DNA of 64,000 nucleotides from Bigelowiella natans CCMP2755. Lineage: Eukaryota > Protista > Cercozoa. Positions within the stretch are counted from its first letter, which is position 1. Each line of letters begins with the position of its first letter. The stretch is taken from assembly GCA_000320545.1 (NCBI GenBank), contig ADNK01000096.1:124001-188000 (forward strand). The letters are read 5' to 3'. The notes under the pieces are model-generated. The model was not told the DNA's origin. It did not search any database and was given only the letters and a program-made list of their open reading frames with translations. A program made the position numbers and the translations under genes. Shown here in pieces: positions 1-11,729 of this stretch.

Positions 1-1183
1 GCGGAGGAAAATCCTAGAGTCGGAAAACATGGTTGAGCGTGCGGACATGTCAAGAGTCTTACCATTTATTGAGACTGCGTTGGATCAAATTCAAAAACGT
101 TCTGCAACGTGGTGCAAGGAGCATACGAACCAGAATTCGTGCCTTAAAGTCAACCCTCTCAGTGTGTACAGGCCTGAGCTGGACGCGTGGGGTGCTGATG
201 AAGAAAGTGGTGCTGCGGAGACCAAAGCCTCCACACCTGCAAAACCCAAATCAAAACTCTCGGCCTCTGCCCCTGAATGGAAGCCAGCCCCTAAGCGACA
301 GGCTAAGAATGGAAGTTCTTACTTTTACTACCAGGCCGCCGACGGGCAACAGATTTTCCTTCATGGAGTGAACTACCGTTGTCTGCTGCATGAGCACAAG
401 GATGTGGATGGAATTCCGAACAAATTCACCGCGGCAAAGATTTTATTTAAGGAGCGCTTCCCTATTACTGAGGAAACTCGAGGCAAGTATAAGTTCTTGG
501 GGCATCTCCCTCTGACTACGGAGGTTACGGTGTGTTTCATTGATATGAAGGGTCTGGTTTCCTCCGAGACTTTGAAGCAATTTCGTGAACCACTTCTAAA
601 TCAGAAAAAGAAAATAATGAAATTGAAAAAAGCTCAGCGATTAGAGACGGAGAGAAAGAAGAAACACGACCGTATGATACAGCAAGCGCCGCTCCTTGAT
701 ATGCTATTCAAAAATTCAAATTATGCTGTCGAGTCTCAATCACCCGAGCTCGTTGCCTTCGATGAAGCGGCATTCCCAGATTTGGTCGATGCGAAACTTT
801 CTGATGGAGAGCGAAGCACTCCAAGTAGCTCTCCTGTGATAACGGGCTTCAAAGACGTGCTCCAGAAAGGGTATGTAGAGAAGGACTGGCCTACTCTTTT
901 AAGTGCCATGGCACCTCCCGCTACTACTGGATATGCTCCCCCAGATAATGGTCGGAGCATCTTAAAGCAGCGAGATAGCGGCAGCATACCACAGACAGCG
1001 AGCCGCTGGCCAAGGGGAGGAACCACCAATGTTGCCCCTTCGCCGCAAAGTGCATTATGGCCTCGGAACAACCCTCCTCCAACCTCTGCAACTTCTACAT
1101 CAGCTTCTTCGCAACCTCCTTTGATCAAACTCACAAAGAAACAGAAGAAGTCAAGGAAGAAAAAGATTCTGCTTTTAGCTTAG
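1..1183 (+). CDS. RNF10: RING finger protein 10 / MAG2-like, C-terminal part (5' end upstream of window)
   Basis: YFYYQAADGQQIFLHGVNYRCLLHE and KYKFLGHLPL match the conserved RNF10/MAG2 block; basic tail KKQKKSRKKKILLLA; frame open from window start; RING domain not in window. Confidence 0.75.
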   Translation, partial: RRKILESENMVERADMSRVLPFIETALDQIQKRSATWCKEHTNQNSCLKVNPLSVYRPELDAWGADEESGAAETKASTPAKPKSKLSASAPEWKPAPKRQAKNGSSYFYYQAADGQQIFLHGVNYRCLLHEHKDVDGIPNKFTAAKILFKERFPITEETRGKYKFLGHLPLTTEVTVCFIDMKGLVSSETLKQFREPLLNQKKKIMKLKKAQRLETERKKKHDRMIQQAPLLDMLFKNSNYAVESQSPELVAFDEAAFPDLVDAKLSDGERSTPSSSPVITGFKDVLQKGYVEKDWPTLLSAMAPPATTGYAPPDNGRSILKQRDSGSIPQTASRWPRGGTTNVAPSPQSALWPRNNPPPTSATSTSASSQPPLIKLTKKQKKSRKKKILLLA

Positions 1184-2149
1184 GTTTGAGACATCAGGAA
1201 AGCTTCGAACCCAGTCTACACGGGCGGGAAAATGATGCAAAACAAGTACATGAAATTATTGTTATGTACTTTTAGCGATAGATTCTAACGATTGTGGAGC
1301 ATAGTGTATTGTTTCCCTTGACTCCTCGCTTTGGCAGCTACCAACACTTATTGCTAAATATAGTCATTTTATATTTCATGGTATGCATGGCGATGCGCTG
1401 TTGCTACGCATCTGATAGCAGAGCAAAACATATGCAATATAGTCGAGCACGCGCGTAAACAACACATATGTGTGTATGAGACGGATGTAATGATGTAATT
1501 ATATATTTATTAGTCATTTTTGTCATAGCTTTAACGAAACTGCCATGCAAAGCAGCGGCTGCAGCGCCTAAATCTTTATAATTGTTGGTTTCTGTTGCAT
1601 GCTGGCATCGCATCATGCATGCATGCCAATAACAAGCACGATGCGTCCAGTTTACCCCTAGCCTGCTAGCCTGGCTAGCTGTTAAGCTCATCATCTAGTC
1701 ATGCTTGTGTTCGCGGGCGATTTCCTATATTTCAGTAGCAAACTATAGCTGCAAGCGTCTAAGCGGACCACGCTTTTATACACGTATAATACACGCCTGC
1801 AATTTCGTTCTGTAGCGTGACAGCAAGGCATGCATCATGAAGAGCGAGGCCCGCGCAGCAGGTACTGTACGTAAGCACGGTCTCTGCTACGTCGACATCA
1901 TCAATTGTCAATTGCGTCAATGAGATACACAATGACAGAACTCCTAATCAAGCCGACGACATTATCACTATTCCATATTATTAGGGTCGACATCTTTTAG
2001 TAACTTAAATGGCTAATATGGGGATCGATTGCAGGTCAAGGTGTACATGCACGAGCAGTAACGATGTGCGTACACAACACACAGAAATGTTTAACTTTTA
2101 GCTACGCGCAAGAGAATTTTCCTGTTCCCTCTAACATATCTACGACTGG

Positions 2150-3283
<1,134 letters not shown>

Positions 3284-4669
3284 CGCTTTACTATATTACT
3301 TCGTAGGTTATTTTTCTTCGAGTATTATTTCGCAGCTCTAATACCAACAGCAAAGCTGCACTGGACAATGTCACACAGTGTGTCTTTTGGGCACGTACGT
3401 ACGCCACTTGTAGCGACGAATGAACAAGTAACCTAAATCGCTACCTGAAAACACAGAAAACAAACACTTCATCGTTCGATCGGGTCCAAAATAGAGGTGG
3501 CACTTCCACCATAAGATTCGCAAGTTATCTTCAAGTTCAAGAGAGCTAAATTAGTGCTTAAGGGACACACTCTTTCCTTTTGAAAGCTTCCAAACCGGAA
3601 AAAACACACACCACAGCGGCCTTTCATCTAGATAACTCATGCGCACGAACAGGTACATATTAGCATTCATCATATTCCGCACGCCCAGGAATGCAGTTTA
3701 TGTCCCGCAATTCAAATTCAAGGCAAACTCGTAAATGGACTCGTGAGTAGTAAGATGCCGAGTGAGGACCTCTAGTCTTGTGTCGGGCTGGGAGACTGGT
3801 TGTGGCTTGGGGAGGGGGAAGACGCCTCGTCAAAATAAAGGTGATTTTACAATAAAATATGGATTTTCTTCAAGTCGCAACAATGCAGGTCGATTCCTTT
3901 GCGTGCGCATGTATGTTCCGTTTATGTCTGGTTTCTTCTTTAAGGCGTGAAATAAGCTACGAATGTAGCCGCAAATGAGGAAATAAAATATATGCCGAAT
4001 TCTTTCTGCGACATACATATGTTCCCAAGCAGCTCTAGCAGCGAGGAGCCTCCAATGTTCTTGTCGGACGGCAATATTTTTTCTGAGCCGAGAAGGGAGG
4101 ATACATCACTCATGGGGATTCAGGGAGAGCGACATCACTAACGCGCTTCTGCATGAAGGGGAGACAACTTTTCTCTTGTACTGTACATTTTTTGGCTGTT
4201 AGACCTTGCTTTACCCCAGCTCTTGAGGATTTTCCGTCTAAAACATATCAGATAGAGGCCAATTCTGATCTATTTCTTTCCATTTGTCCGTTTTCAAAGG
4301 ATAGTTCTCGCTCCTACTCGTAGCCGTTTGAGTCTCAAAGATCTTATCCACGCTATCGAGAAAAGAAACTCAGACTGTATGTCTTCACGAGAAAACGTCC
4401 TTCACTTCTGACAAAACCGGAATCGGCAACTATCTCGTATGTGTGTCCTCCCCTAGCCTTTCCGACAACATCTCTTAGTTTTCTCTCACTAGTTTGTTGG
4501 TGAGAGTGCATTTGCTAGAGTGCGATCGAGAGCAATAAAACACTTTTGATTGCAAGTAATGCTTGTAAGCGCCTCTGCAACTCGTTCCCGTTGGCACTGT
4601 GCATGCAATTCCTTGACTTCTTCCTTACATCCGTCTCGCAGATCTGTCCTAACGAACAGTGCAAAAAGA

Positions 4670-5860
4670 ATGCCAGCGAGAACGGGGAGAAAGAGAAAGC
4701 TCCGCGTTGTGTCTGAAAATGCTCACGAAAGCTATGATGTAGAAGGGGGGATCAAACCTTATCAAGAGAAAGACATGGATGAAGAGGGACACTTCAGACA
4801 AATGTATCATCTAAGTCATCATACGATTTACTTAGTCTTTTCTAACATCGATTTTGGTTATACGATCGCAAGGTTGAAGCGAGCACTCACATTTGATGGC
4901 GTACTTTACGGCACATGGTTCATGGAGATTTTCTGCTCCTGTATGATTGGGTTCTACTGTATGAATCTGTCGGTAGACTTGGAAAAGGCTACTTGTGATT
5001 ATAGGTACTGAGTACCACGATTTTATAGAATTATTGCCGATTCACCTAATTGTGATTTTTCACGATCCTTTTGTACATTGTATCTTCATAGATGGGTGGA
5101 CGTTTTCAAATGGTACGGGATTTTGTCATACGTCAGCGCATTCTGCGTGGTACTTATTTATTTTCAGCCGTTCTCTTCTTACCTACAATGATCCTATATC
5201 ATTTCGTCTTTTACTACGAAAGAATTTAACTATCCACACTATTTCCCATTACATCCATTCCTAGGTGCTCCTGGTCGCAGCGCTGTATATAACTCCGGAA
5301 TGGGACACTGATGATCACGTTGTTGCAATGGTAATAAAAAAATTAAGTTAGCTGAAATAATACATTAGATAATTCCTTGATATGTTACGAATGCTGTTAT
5401 TTTTTTTCCTCAACCATCCCGGATATATTAAAATTTGGCCATCTATGTTCTCAGGGAAGCTGCTGTACATCCGTTGGTGCCTTGCTCGCGTTAATGTTTG
5501 CCACGCTATTTGTTACGCTGACTGATCCAAAGTGTACTGGAGAAGAAATTGTCGAGCGGGTCATTTATTTTTGTGCAATACAAACAAATCAACACATAAA
5601 GTCAGACCGGAGGTCGGCGAGAGTTGGAGATTCGGTATTTACGGCGAATAATATAATTGCTACTGAACAGGCATGGCTTGCTGTGGCTCTGCTGTGGACT
5701 TACTCAATATTCAGCTGCTGCTTGAGCGTTTGCTGCAGTAAGTGTAACGACATTACTAGTTAATCACTCCAATGCATACGCGGATTCTAATATATTTCTT
5801 GTTTTATCAGTGGGAAACGCAGCGGCTTTCCTTCAAAGAAGGGATTACGATAAGATTTAA
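4670..5860 (+). CDS. Uncharacterised multi-pass (about 4 TM) membrane protein with C-terminal YxxPhi motif; upstream exons possible
   Basis: In-frame GT-AG spliced exons give hydrophobic segments (VLYGTWFMEIFCSCMIGF; YGILSYVSAFCVVLLVAALYI; VGALLALMFATLFVTL; AWLAVALLWTYSIFSCCL) and end ...RRDYDKI*. Confidence 0.55.
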
Positions 5861-6636
5861 ACTAACAGACAACGTCGGGATTAGAACAAGGAGTTATTTT
5901 CCCGCAAACCCAGAGAAAATTTACCTGATTTTATCGTTGAATAAAATAAGCTGAATAAAAGCTAGTTTAATCTACGAAGGGGCCTATTTATATTAGTTTT
6001 ACTGGTGTATATACAATTGAGTTGAATTTATTATATTTGTATTAAAGTACAACAAAAAATACTCAGATATCTCAGCATTAGTATGTATTGGATCGATTTT
6101 ATAGATTAAAAGCGCCAGGGGTCGTACAATGCACCCCACGAATAATGTCCAACAGTGCGACTTCTTTGAGTACAGCTAGCAATGTAGTACGGTGTGTACT
6201 GCGCAGTACGCCAAAACGTACACATGGAACGGCTGAGATGCGATGGTGGCATCTGATGTCGTGGAACCTGGACATGCACTCACATGTTGCACAGCTACAT
6301 TGGGATGTACATATGACCATTGAACAAATTTAATTGATCTCTTAAATTCGTCTCACATGATCGTTGGCAGGCTAGCACATCGCAGGGTGGCGGTTCGATT
6401 CTAGAGTTGCTTAGATGCTTGGTACACGTTTTGCAGCCATAGCATGCAGTGCAGACATGGTGCAATGAAAACAATGCGATTTTGTTGTGTCCTGATGCTG
6501 CCATGCTGTGGTGCGTTGCGCTGCCGCGACACAAGATGCCGTGGCTGCCTGCACCACGGACAGATGTTCTCTGATACGATCCCAAATGACAATGGATTGA
6601 AATGTGTCGATGGAAGAAGAAGAGGCACGCAGTGTA

Positions 6637-7765
6637 GCAGAGCAAGCTAGCAAGAGAAGAAGAAGAAGAAAACCATGCCAGCATGATCAATTTGGAGTGC
6701 AAGAAGAAGAAGTCAAATCCTCGCACGTGGCTAGATCTAGAGATGTTGTTCGTTTGGCCCTTGCAAACGAACCACTTCCAACTTCCAACTTCCAACCCCA
6801 ACCCTGACCCTGCTAGCTAGCTAGCCTGATGAACCACACGAACAACTTCTGCTGGCCACGAGGAGTTCTTCTTCTTGCACTCTAGCTTGATTGCACGTCT
6901 GACAGCAGTGAGCAGTTGTGGCGACAAGATCGCTGGGTGGTCGTTCTGCACGCGGATGTCAGGGCGGTTTGCTTGCAAGTCGCCAGCATCGTGCACACGA
7001 TCACAAGTGATGGCTGCACTTGCGGATTCCACAAAAATCAGCACAGTTGTCACCTCAAAGCCGCACAGTTTTTCTGTCGAAGTGGTGCGCATCGCAGTTG
7101 AAAATGGATGTTTTTCAGATCTGGAGATGCACGATGATCACGTTCATGGAAGTGCCAACATCATCCTCGCTCAGCTCGACATCTTCGATTCGACCACAGA
7201 AGAATCACTTGTGCACTTGATCACTGCGCCATCACATCCTTCTCTTCATCTCACTTTGGTCGACAAAGGACTCAAGCATGCTCAAAAGAGAGACCATGTG
7301 CACAAACTGGGTGAACATTGACAACACATCGAACGTGCGTGCCGATTGCTTCGCAGCGTTTGCTTTGCCACACAAAGGCGCGAAGTGCTGCAGAAAGAGC
7401 TCTCTAGCTCTGTGGAAAAGAATCATCAATCGTGATCACAGTTCTTGCTTTCAGATGAAAAACTGTCTTGATGCTAGCAGCGGCAGCAGTGTCAGGCGTG
7501 GTGGCAGTCGGTGCCAGAGTGGTCGCAATTGAGTGGTCGGGGCACGAAGAGCTGCAGCAGCAACGCAGGGAAGGAAATGGAAGAGCACGCTAGCACGTTG
7601 TTGATGAAAACTAGTTTGCTGTTGTCACGTGAGTCAACGCATTCGCGATGGAAAACCAATGGAATGTGGGAAAAAACTTCTGTGCTTCCAATGGAGTCTC
7701 CTTGTTCCGATGTGATGCCTCCATGTCTCCATGTTGGCTGTCAATGGCTTTGGCCAGAGAGCGAT
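6637..7765. other. TpA-depleted (hypermutated) patch, probably a relic repeat or pseudogene
   Basis: About 1130 bp with only 11 TA dinucleotides by manual count, all within CTAG; CA/TG-rich with CpG retained. Confidence 0.85.
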
Positions 7766-8179
7766 TACGTTGTGCCGGCTGATTGCACATGTGCGACAAC
7801 CTTTCTTGGAAATTTCTCTAGGTCTGCGAATGCGATTATTGCTAAAAAGCATAAGTTTATTATTTCGGTAAGATTTTGTGATGCATAAAAGAAGAAAAAA
7901 AAAAAAAACTTTTCGGGCTTGCGTTCAGGATTTTCAAACTGGAATCGAAGCTGGAGAGCATACTGCCCCTCCTCTTAGAATCATAGCATCCGGTCGTTGT
8001 TGACAACGATTCTGCAAGGCAAAGAATCATGCTGAGACATCTATCTCTCCTACTCATAATTGCTTCAACCCTAGTTGGTATAGATATTAAAGTGTTTTCA
8101 TCAATCACAATTGATCCTCACATAAGAAAATTTGACAGGAAATTCTCTTGCGGCGAGATCAGTTAATAATCGAACTGCC

Positions 8180-8697
8180 ATGGGAAGAATCGTCCTTGGT
8201 GATACATCATCGGCATTGCCACCAATTAAGGATGAATGTGGAAAGGAAATATCACAGGACGAAAACGAGATGAAAGAACAGGCGAAACAGGTTCAAAACG
8301 AACTCCTGACTGCAAACGCTGCAGTAGACTGCGGAGAAGAATACCCCCCATGTGAACCAGAGCCTACAGTTGAGGTACGTGAAAGGAGAGTATGCATTTC
8401 CCTTTGGATTACATTTTATTACTAAATTTATTTTCTTGTTAATACAACCTATCACCGTGCTGATCTGACCAACAAAGCATGTGGAGGTCAAATAACGTAG
8501 CTAAACAGCCATATTACTATGTAATTTTGCGTTAGCTCCCTCCCGACGCTAAGAAGGAACTTCTTGCTTCGGACCCTGCGGCAGCTGTTGCTGAAATGAC
8601 TCCTTGTGAACGAGAACGATATGAACAAGCTCAGAGAGATGATAAAATCGAGGCCGCGGAGATGGCAAAGCAAAGCTGCAAGAAGAGCGTCGCTTAA
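8180..8697 (+). CDS. Small acidic hypothetical protein (2 exons: 8180-8374, 8536-8697)
   Basis: MGRIVLGDT...PEPTVE|LPPDAKKELLASDP...KKSVA* joined by an in-frame GT-AG intron; no recognised domain. Confidence 0.5.
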
Positions 8698-9689
8698 TCC
8701 TCTAAATGAACTAGAATCCATTGGAATACCTAAGAGACTACGACTGTCAATGTAGATTGATAGTCGTATCTCGGTATGCACATAGGCATCTCCTTACTCT
8801 TGAAGTTGCGCAATGTCTGTAGTCCCAACCAGTAAATGTATTCGTACCATACTACTTCACAAGGACTTGGATCACGCGTAGTAGCGTGTACTGTTTGTGC
8901 GTGTATTTATTTATTGTGTTTCGTGTAGTATGCTTGGTCAGCAGTAATTCCTACTGCATGCATTTAGTATTTCCTGTTAATATCTCATCCGAAAGCGCAT
9001 ACAGCCGGGCACCGTGTGACGAGCTAAAAGGGAGGCCATAGCATGCGATGCCCATCGCTTATACGCACGTGCCACCTATGTGTAGCACGCTACGATGCGT
9101 ATGTGTGCGCTAGCATGTATGACGAGCCTGTCGTATATATATAGACAGAGTAGCTGCGATGTTGTTACAATAAATGATGTTCCTATATAGCGCACAAATA
9201 CAGGCCAGCTACATTCATCACACATGCATGGTCAATAAGCTTGATACGAGCGACAGGCGATGGCGCCATTTGATGAAAGGCTAGCAAAGCCTTGTCGATC
9301 ATGTACGTATAATGCATGCGCGTACACGTACAAACTGTGTGCATTGCAATTAGCACAGCCGCAGCAGCACATGCACACATGCACACATACATGTAATAAC
9401 ATATGTAAATATATATACACATGTACATGTGTGTGCATGTGCATGTGTAGCATGGAAAGTGTGGACCTCAAAGACTGAGACTGAACAAACAACTGATGCG
9501 GCCATCATGGACCGCAACAAACGACGCGAAACAAAACGCCTCTCAAACACGTATACAGAGAAAATAGCTCGGGTGCGCTGCGCTGCGCACAAACCACGAC
9601 ATGCATGACAGACCAAATTGCAATGCTTTTTCATGCATGCAACATGTGACAAAGGAAACAAACAGACACAACTTAAGCGTTGCTCAAGC

Positions 9690-9760
9690 TAGCCGCTGCA
9701 TTGCGTAGCTACATTAGGATGACAATTAAAAAAATTTAAACATTTCATTATATCCGTCAT
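9690..9760 (+). repeat. Copy of a short dispersed intergenic repeat (others at about 1474-1530 -, 40625-40697 +, 49352-49395 -)
   Basis: Shared core TAGCTACAT..GGATGAC.ATT..AAAAATTT.AACATTTCATTA.ATCC. Confidence 0.6.
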
Positions 9761-9779
9761 ATATATATTTTGTATATAT

Positions 9780-9824
<45 letters not shown>

Positions 9825-10162
9825 CATATATATATTGTCGATATATGGCCATCTGTATACTGATAAGTGAGTTCGCCGTGGTACAGCATACGCTGCGTTC
9901 GGCCCTCAGCCTTACACTACGCATCACATAATAGGCGGATATATTCTGTGGGATGTCTCTAGGAGTACCCAGTTAATTTTGACTGACCACATATGTACAC
10001 GGTACACGTGGCACGCGGACACGTAACATACGCTATTCTCGCGACATATGTGTACTGTCCATATATGTTACTATTTTGTTAGGATGTACACGTGATGTCA
10101 CATCTTGTGTTATGTTCACCCGGTGCCAAAGATGTAATTACGCACAGACCGATTCGCATTCA

Positions 10163-10939
10163 TCAAACCCCTTTGGCAACTATGACCTTCACCCCTGTGG
10201 AGGGGCAATCATAGCCAGGAATCCAGCCAAATTCTTTCGCAATGTATGCGGGGGTCACTTGGATGTTTGGATACCTTCTTTCGAAATCAAACATATGTGC
10301 GCGCTGAATGAATTTCAATGCTTTCTGCAACTTAATTTTTCTTCCCTCCTCCCGTGAGACCTTAGGGGATGGCACTTCATCCTTATTCGTTGTCTTTCGC
10401 TTTTCTTTCCGACAGTTTCCCTTCTCCCAAAGCTTATTTGGTTTTATCTTAACCAGTTTAGGAAGCTGAACTCTGTCGTAGTGCACCTTCAATTCTGGGT
10501 CAACCAATATTTCGTACGCTCTCTTAATTCCCCTGAAGCGGTCGTTTGCGACCTTCCTGTCCTCGTCTTTGGGACGTTTATCTGGATGCCAGATCGGGCA
10601 CAGCTTCACGAAGGCTGTTCGAATTTCTTTCCTCGTTGCGTTTAAGGGGACTCCCAGCCGAGCATAAAGCGTATCATCGTAACCCTGGAGGAATTCCTCC
10701 GGTGCGGCCGCTCCGTACGAGAGGAGCCATATCTGAACGGCAGCGACAACTACGCAAAGCGCAGCGAAGGAATGGGCGTGACAGCCTTGGTACGAGACTG
10801 CGTCCACCTTCGGGGGCACAGCTAAGATCTTAGAAACCTTGCTGGCGCATACGCCGAGTTTTCTCGCAGTGAAACGGGCTAGAGTCCCAACGATAATACG
10901 GGTGGGCGTTTTAAGCTCGGGGTGTGCATGGATAACCAA
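10163..10939 (-). CDS. DnaJ (J-domain) protein with N-terminal hydrophobic segment; start uncertain
   Basis: LYARLGVPLNATRKEIRTAF...WHPDK...FRGIKRAYEILVDP J-domain with HPD motif. Confidence 0.8.
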   Translation of the reverse strand: MVIHAHPELKTPTRIIVGTLARFTARKLGVCASKVSKILAVPPKVDAVSYQGCHAHSFAALCVVVAAVQIWLLSYGAAAPEEFLQGYDDTLYARLGVPLNATRKEIRTAFVKLCPIWHPDKRPKDEDRKVANDRFRGIKRAYEILVDPELKVHYDRVQLPKLVKIKPNKLWEKGNCRKEKRKTTNKDEVPSPKVSREEGRKIKLQKALKFIQRAHMFDFERRYPNIQVTPAYIAKEFGWIPGYDCPSTGVKVIVAKGV

Positions 10940-11352
10940 CAGCCATGCTAGTCGATAGTTAGTTCTGGCGTGCTGCCCCCCTCACTAGTGATGTCTGCTG
11001 AATAGTGCGGTACAGTCGTCTGACTTTTTTCCAAGCGGAAAATATCTGAATAAAATATGGCAAGAAATAAAGTTAGCACAGAGTCATTTCTTGTTGGAAA
11101 GTATCTTGTTCAACATCGGGGGAAGTATTGCCGATGTCGATGCTGCGACTAATCCTTAAATGGACGTCGCATGGGTGAAATGACATGTGTTTTATAATTT
11201 TCATTGTAACATGTACAAATGTCAGTCAGCATTGCTGCTGCGACATGAAAATGTCCAAAAAAAACTCAAAAGTTTCGCAACATTTGAGCACGGATGAGTC
11301 AGGGCTTCTGTCCAGCAGTCCTCAGACTTCGCTCGTCACCAAGCTAGCAAGC

Positions 11353-11678
11353 TGTTGCGCGTAAGGTGTTCACAGGCCGAGGCGCTACGTGCACAAGTAG
11401 GCAGGGGGGGGGAAAGGCACGTTTGCTTCCTTTTGAAGAGTTGTGTTTATTTTTATTAAAGATTATATTTTTATTAAATCGTGCACTGCGTAATCATTCG
11501 CGAAGCTTTCGCGAATGCCGCCGCACGTGGGGCAGCACACTTCCGGTGTGCTGCCATGAGTCCCGCCGGAACCCACGTGCCTATGCTGTATTAATATCTA
11601 CGTTATCTATATTCTATATCCGCGACAACCCCTTTGTTGTCGCACGTGACTTGTGCCCGCGTAGTGGTACGCGCTACA
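11353..11678 (-). repeat. 3' LTR (326 bp)
   Basis: Direct repeat of 16743-17067, differing by one extra A (ttttgaagag vs ttttgagag). Confidence 0.97.
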
Positions 11679-11686
11679 CCTCCCCC
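11679..11686 (-). promoter_or_regulatory. Polypurine tract GGGGGAGG
   Basis: Immediately abuts the 3' LTR on the element strand. Confidence 0.8.
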
Positions 11687-11729
11687 AAGTCACGTTGCTC
11701 CTTCCTTCCTTCCTTATTCCCTTAGACCT

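Noticed and set aside
6637-7765. CpG methylation decay or fungal RIP as the cause of the CA/TG excess
   Set aside because: CpG remains frequent and TpA is lost rather than gained
6295-7888. Many overlapping ORFs on both strands (e.g. 6875-7321), rich in His/Cys and almost Tyr-free
   Set aside because: Loss of TpA removes TAA, most TAG and Tyr codons, so long ORFs are expected artefacts; no recognisable domain
11495-11580. LTR structure as a hammerhead, HDV or twister ribozyme
   Set aside because: Conserved catalytic cores (e.g. CUGANGA/GAAA) are not identifiable on either strand; kept only as generic structure
11366-11725. 119-aa antisense ORF across the LTR (and 16830-17090)
   Set aside because: Non-ATG start, no homology signal, and frame differs between the LTRs because of the 1-bp indel
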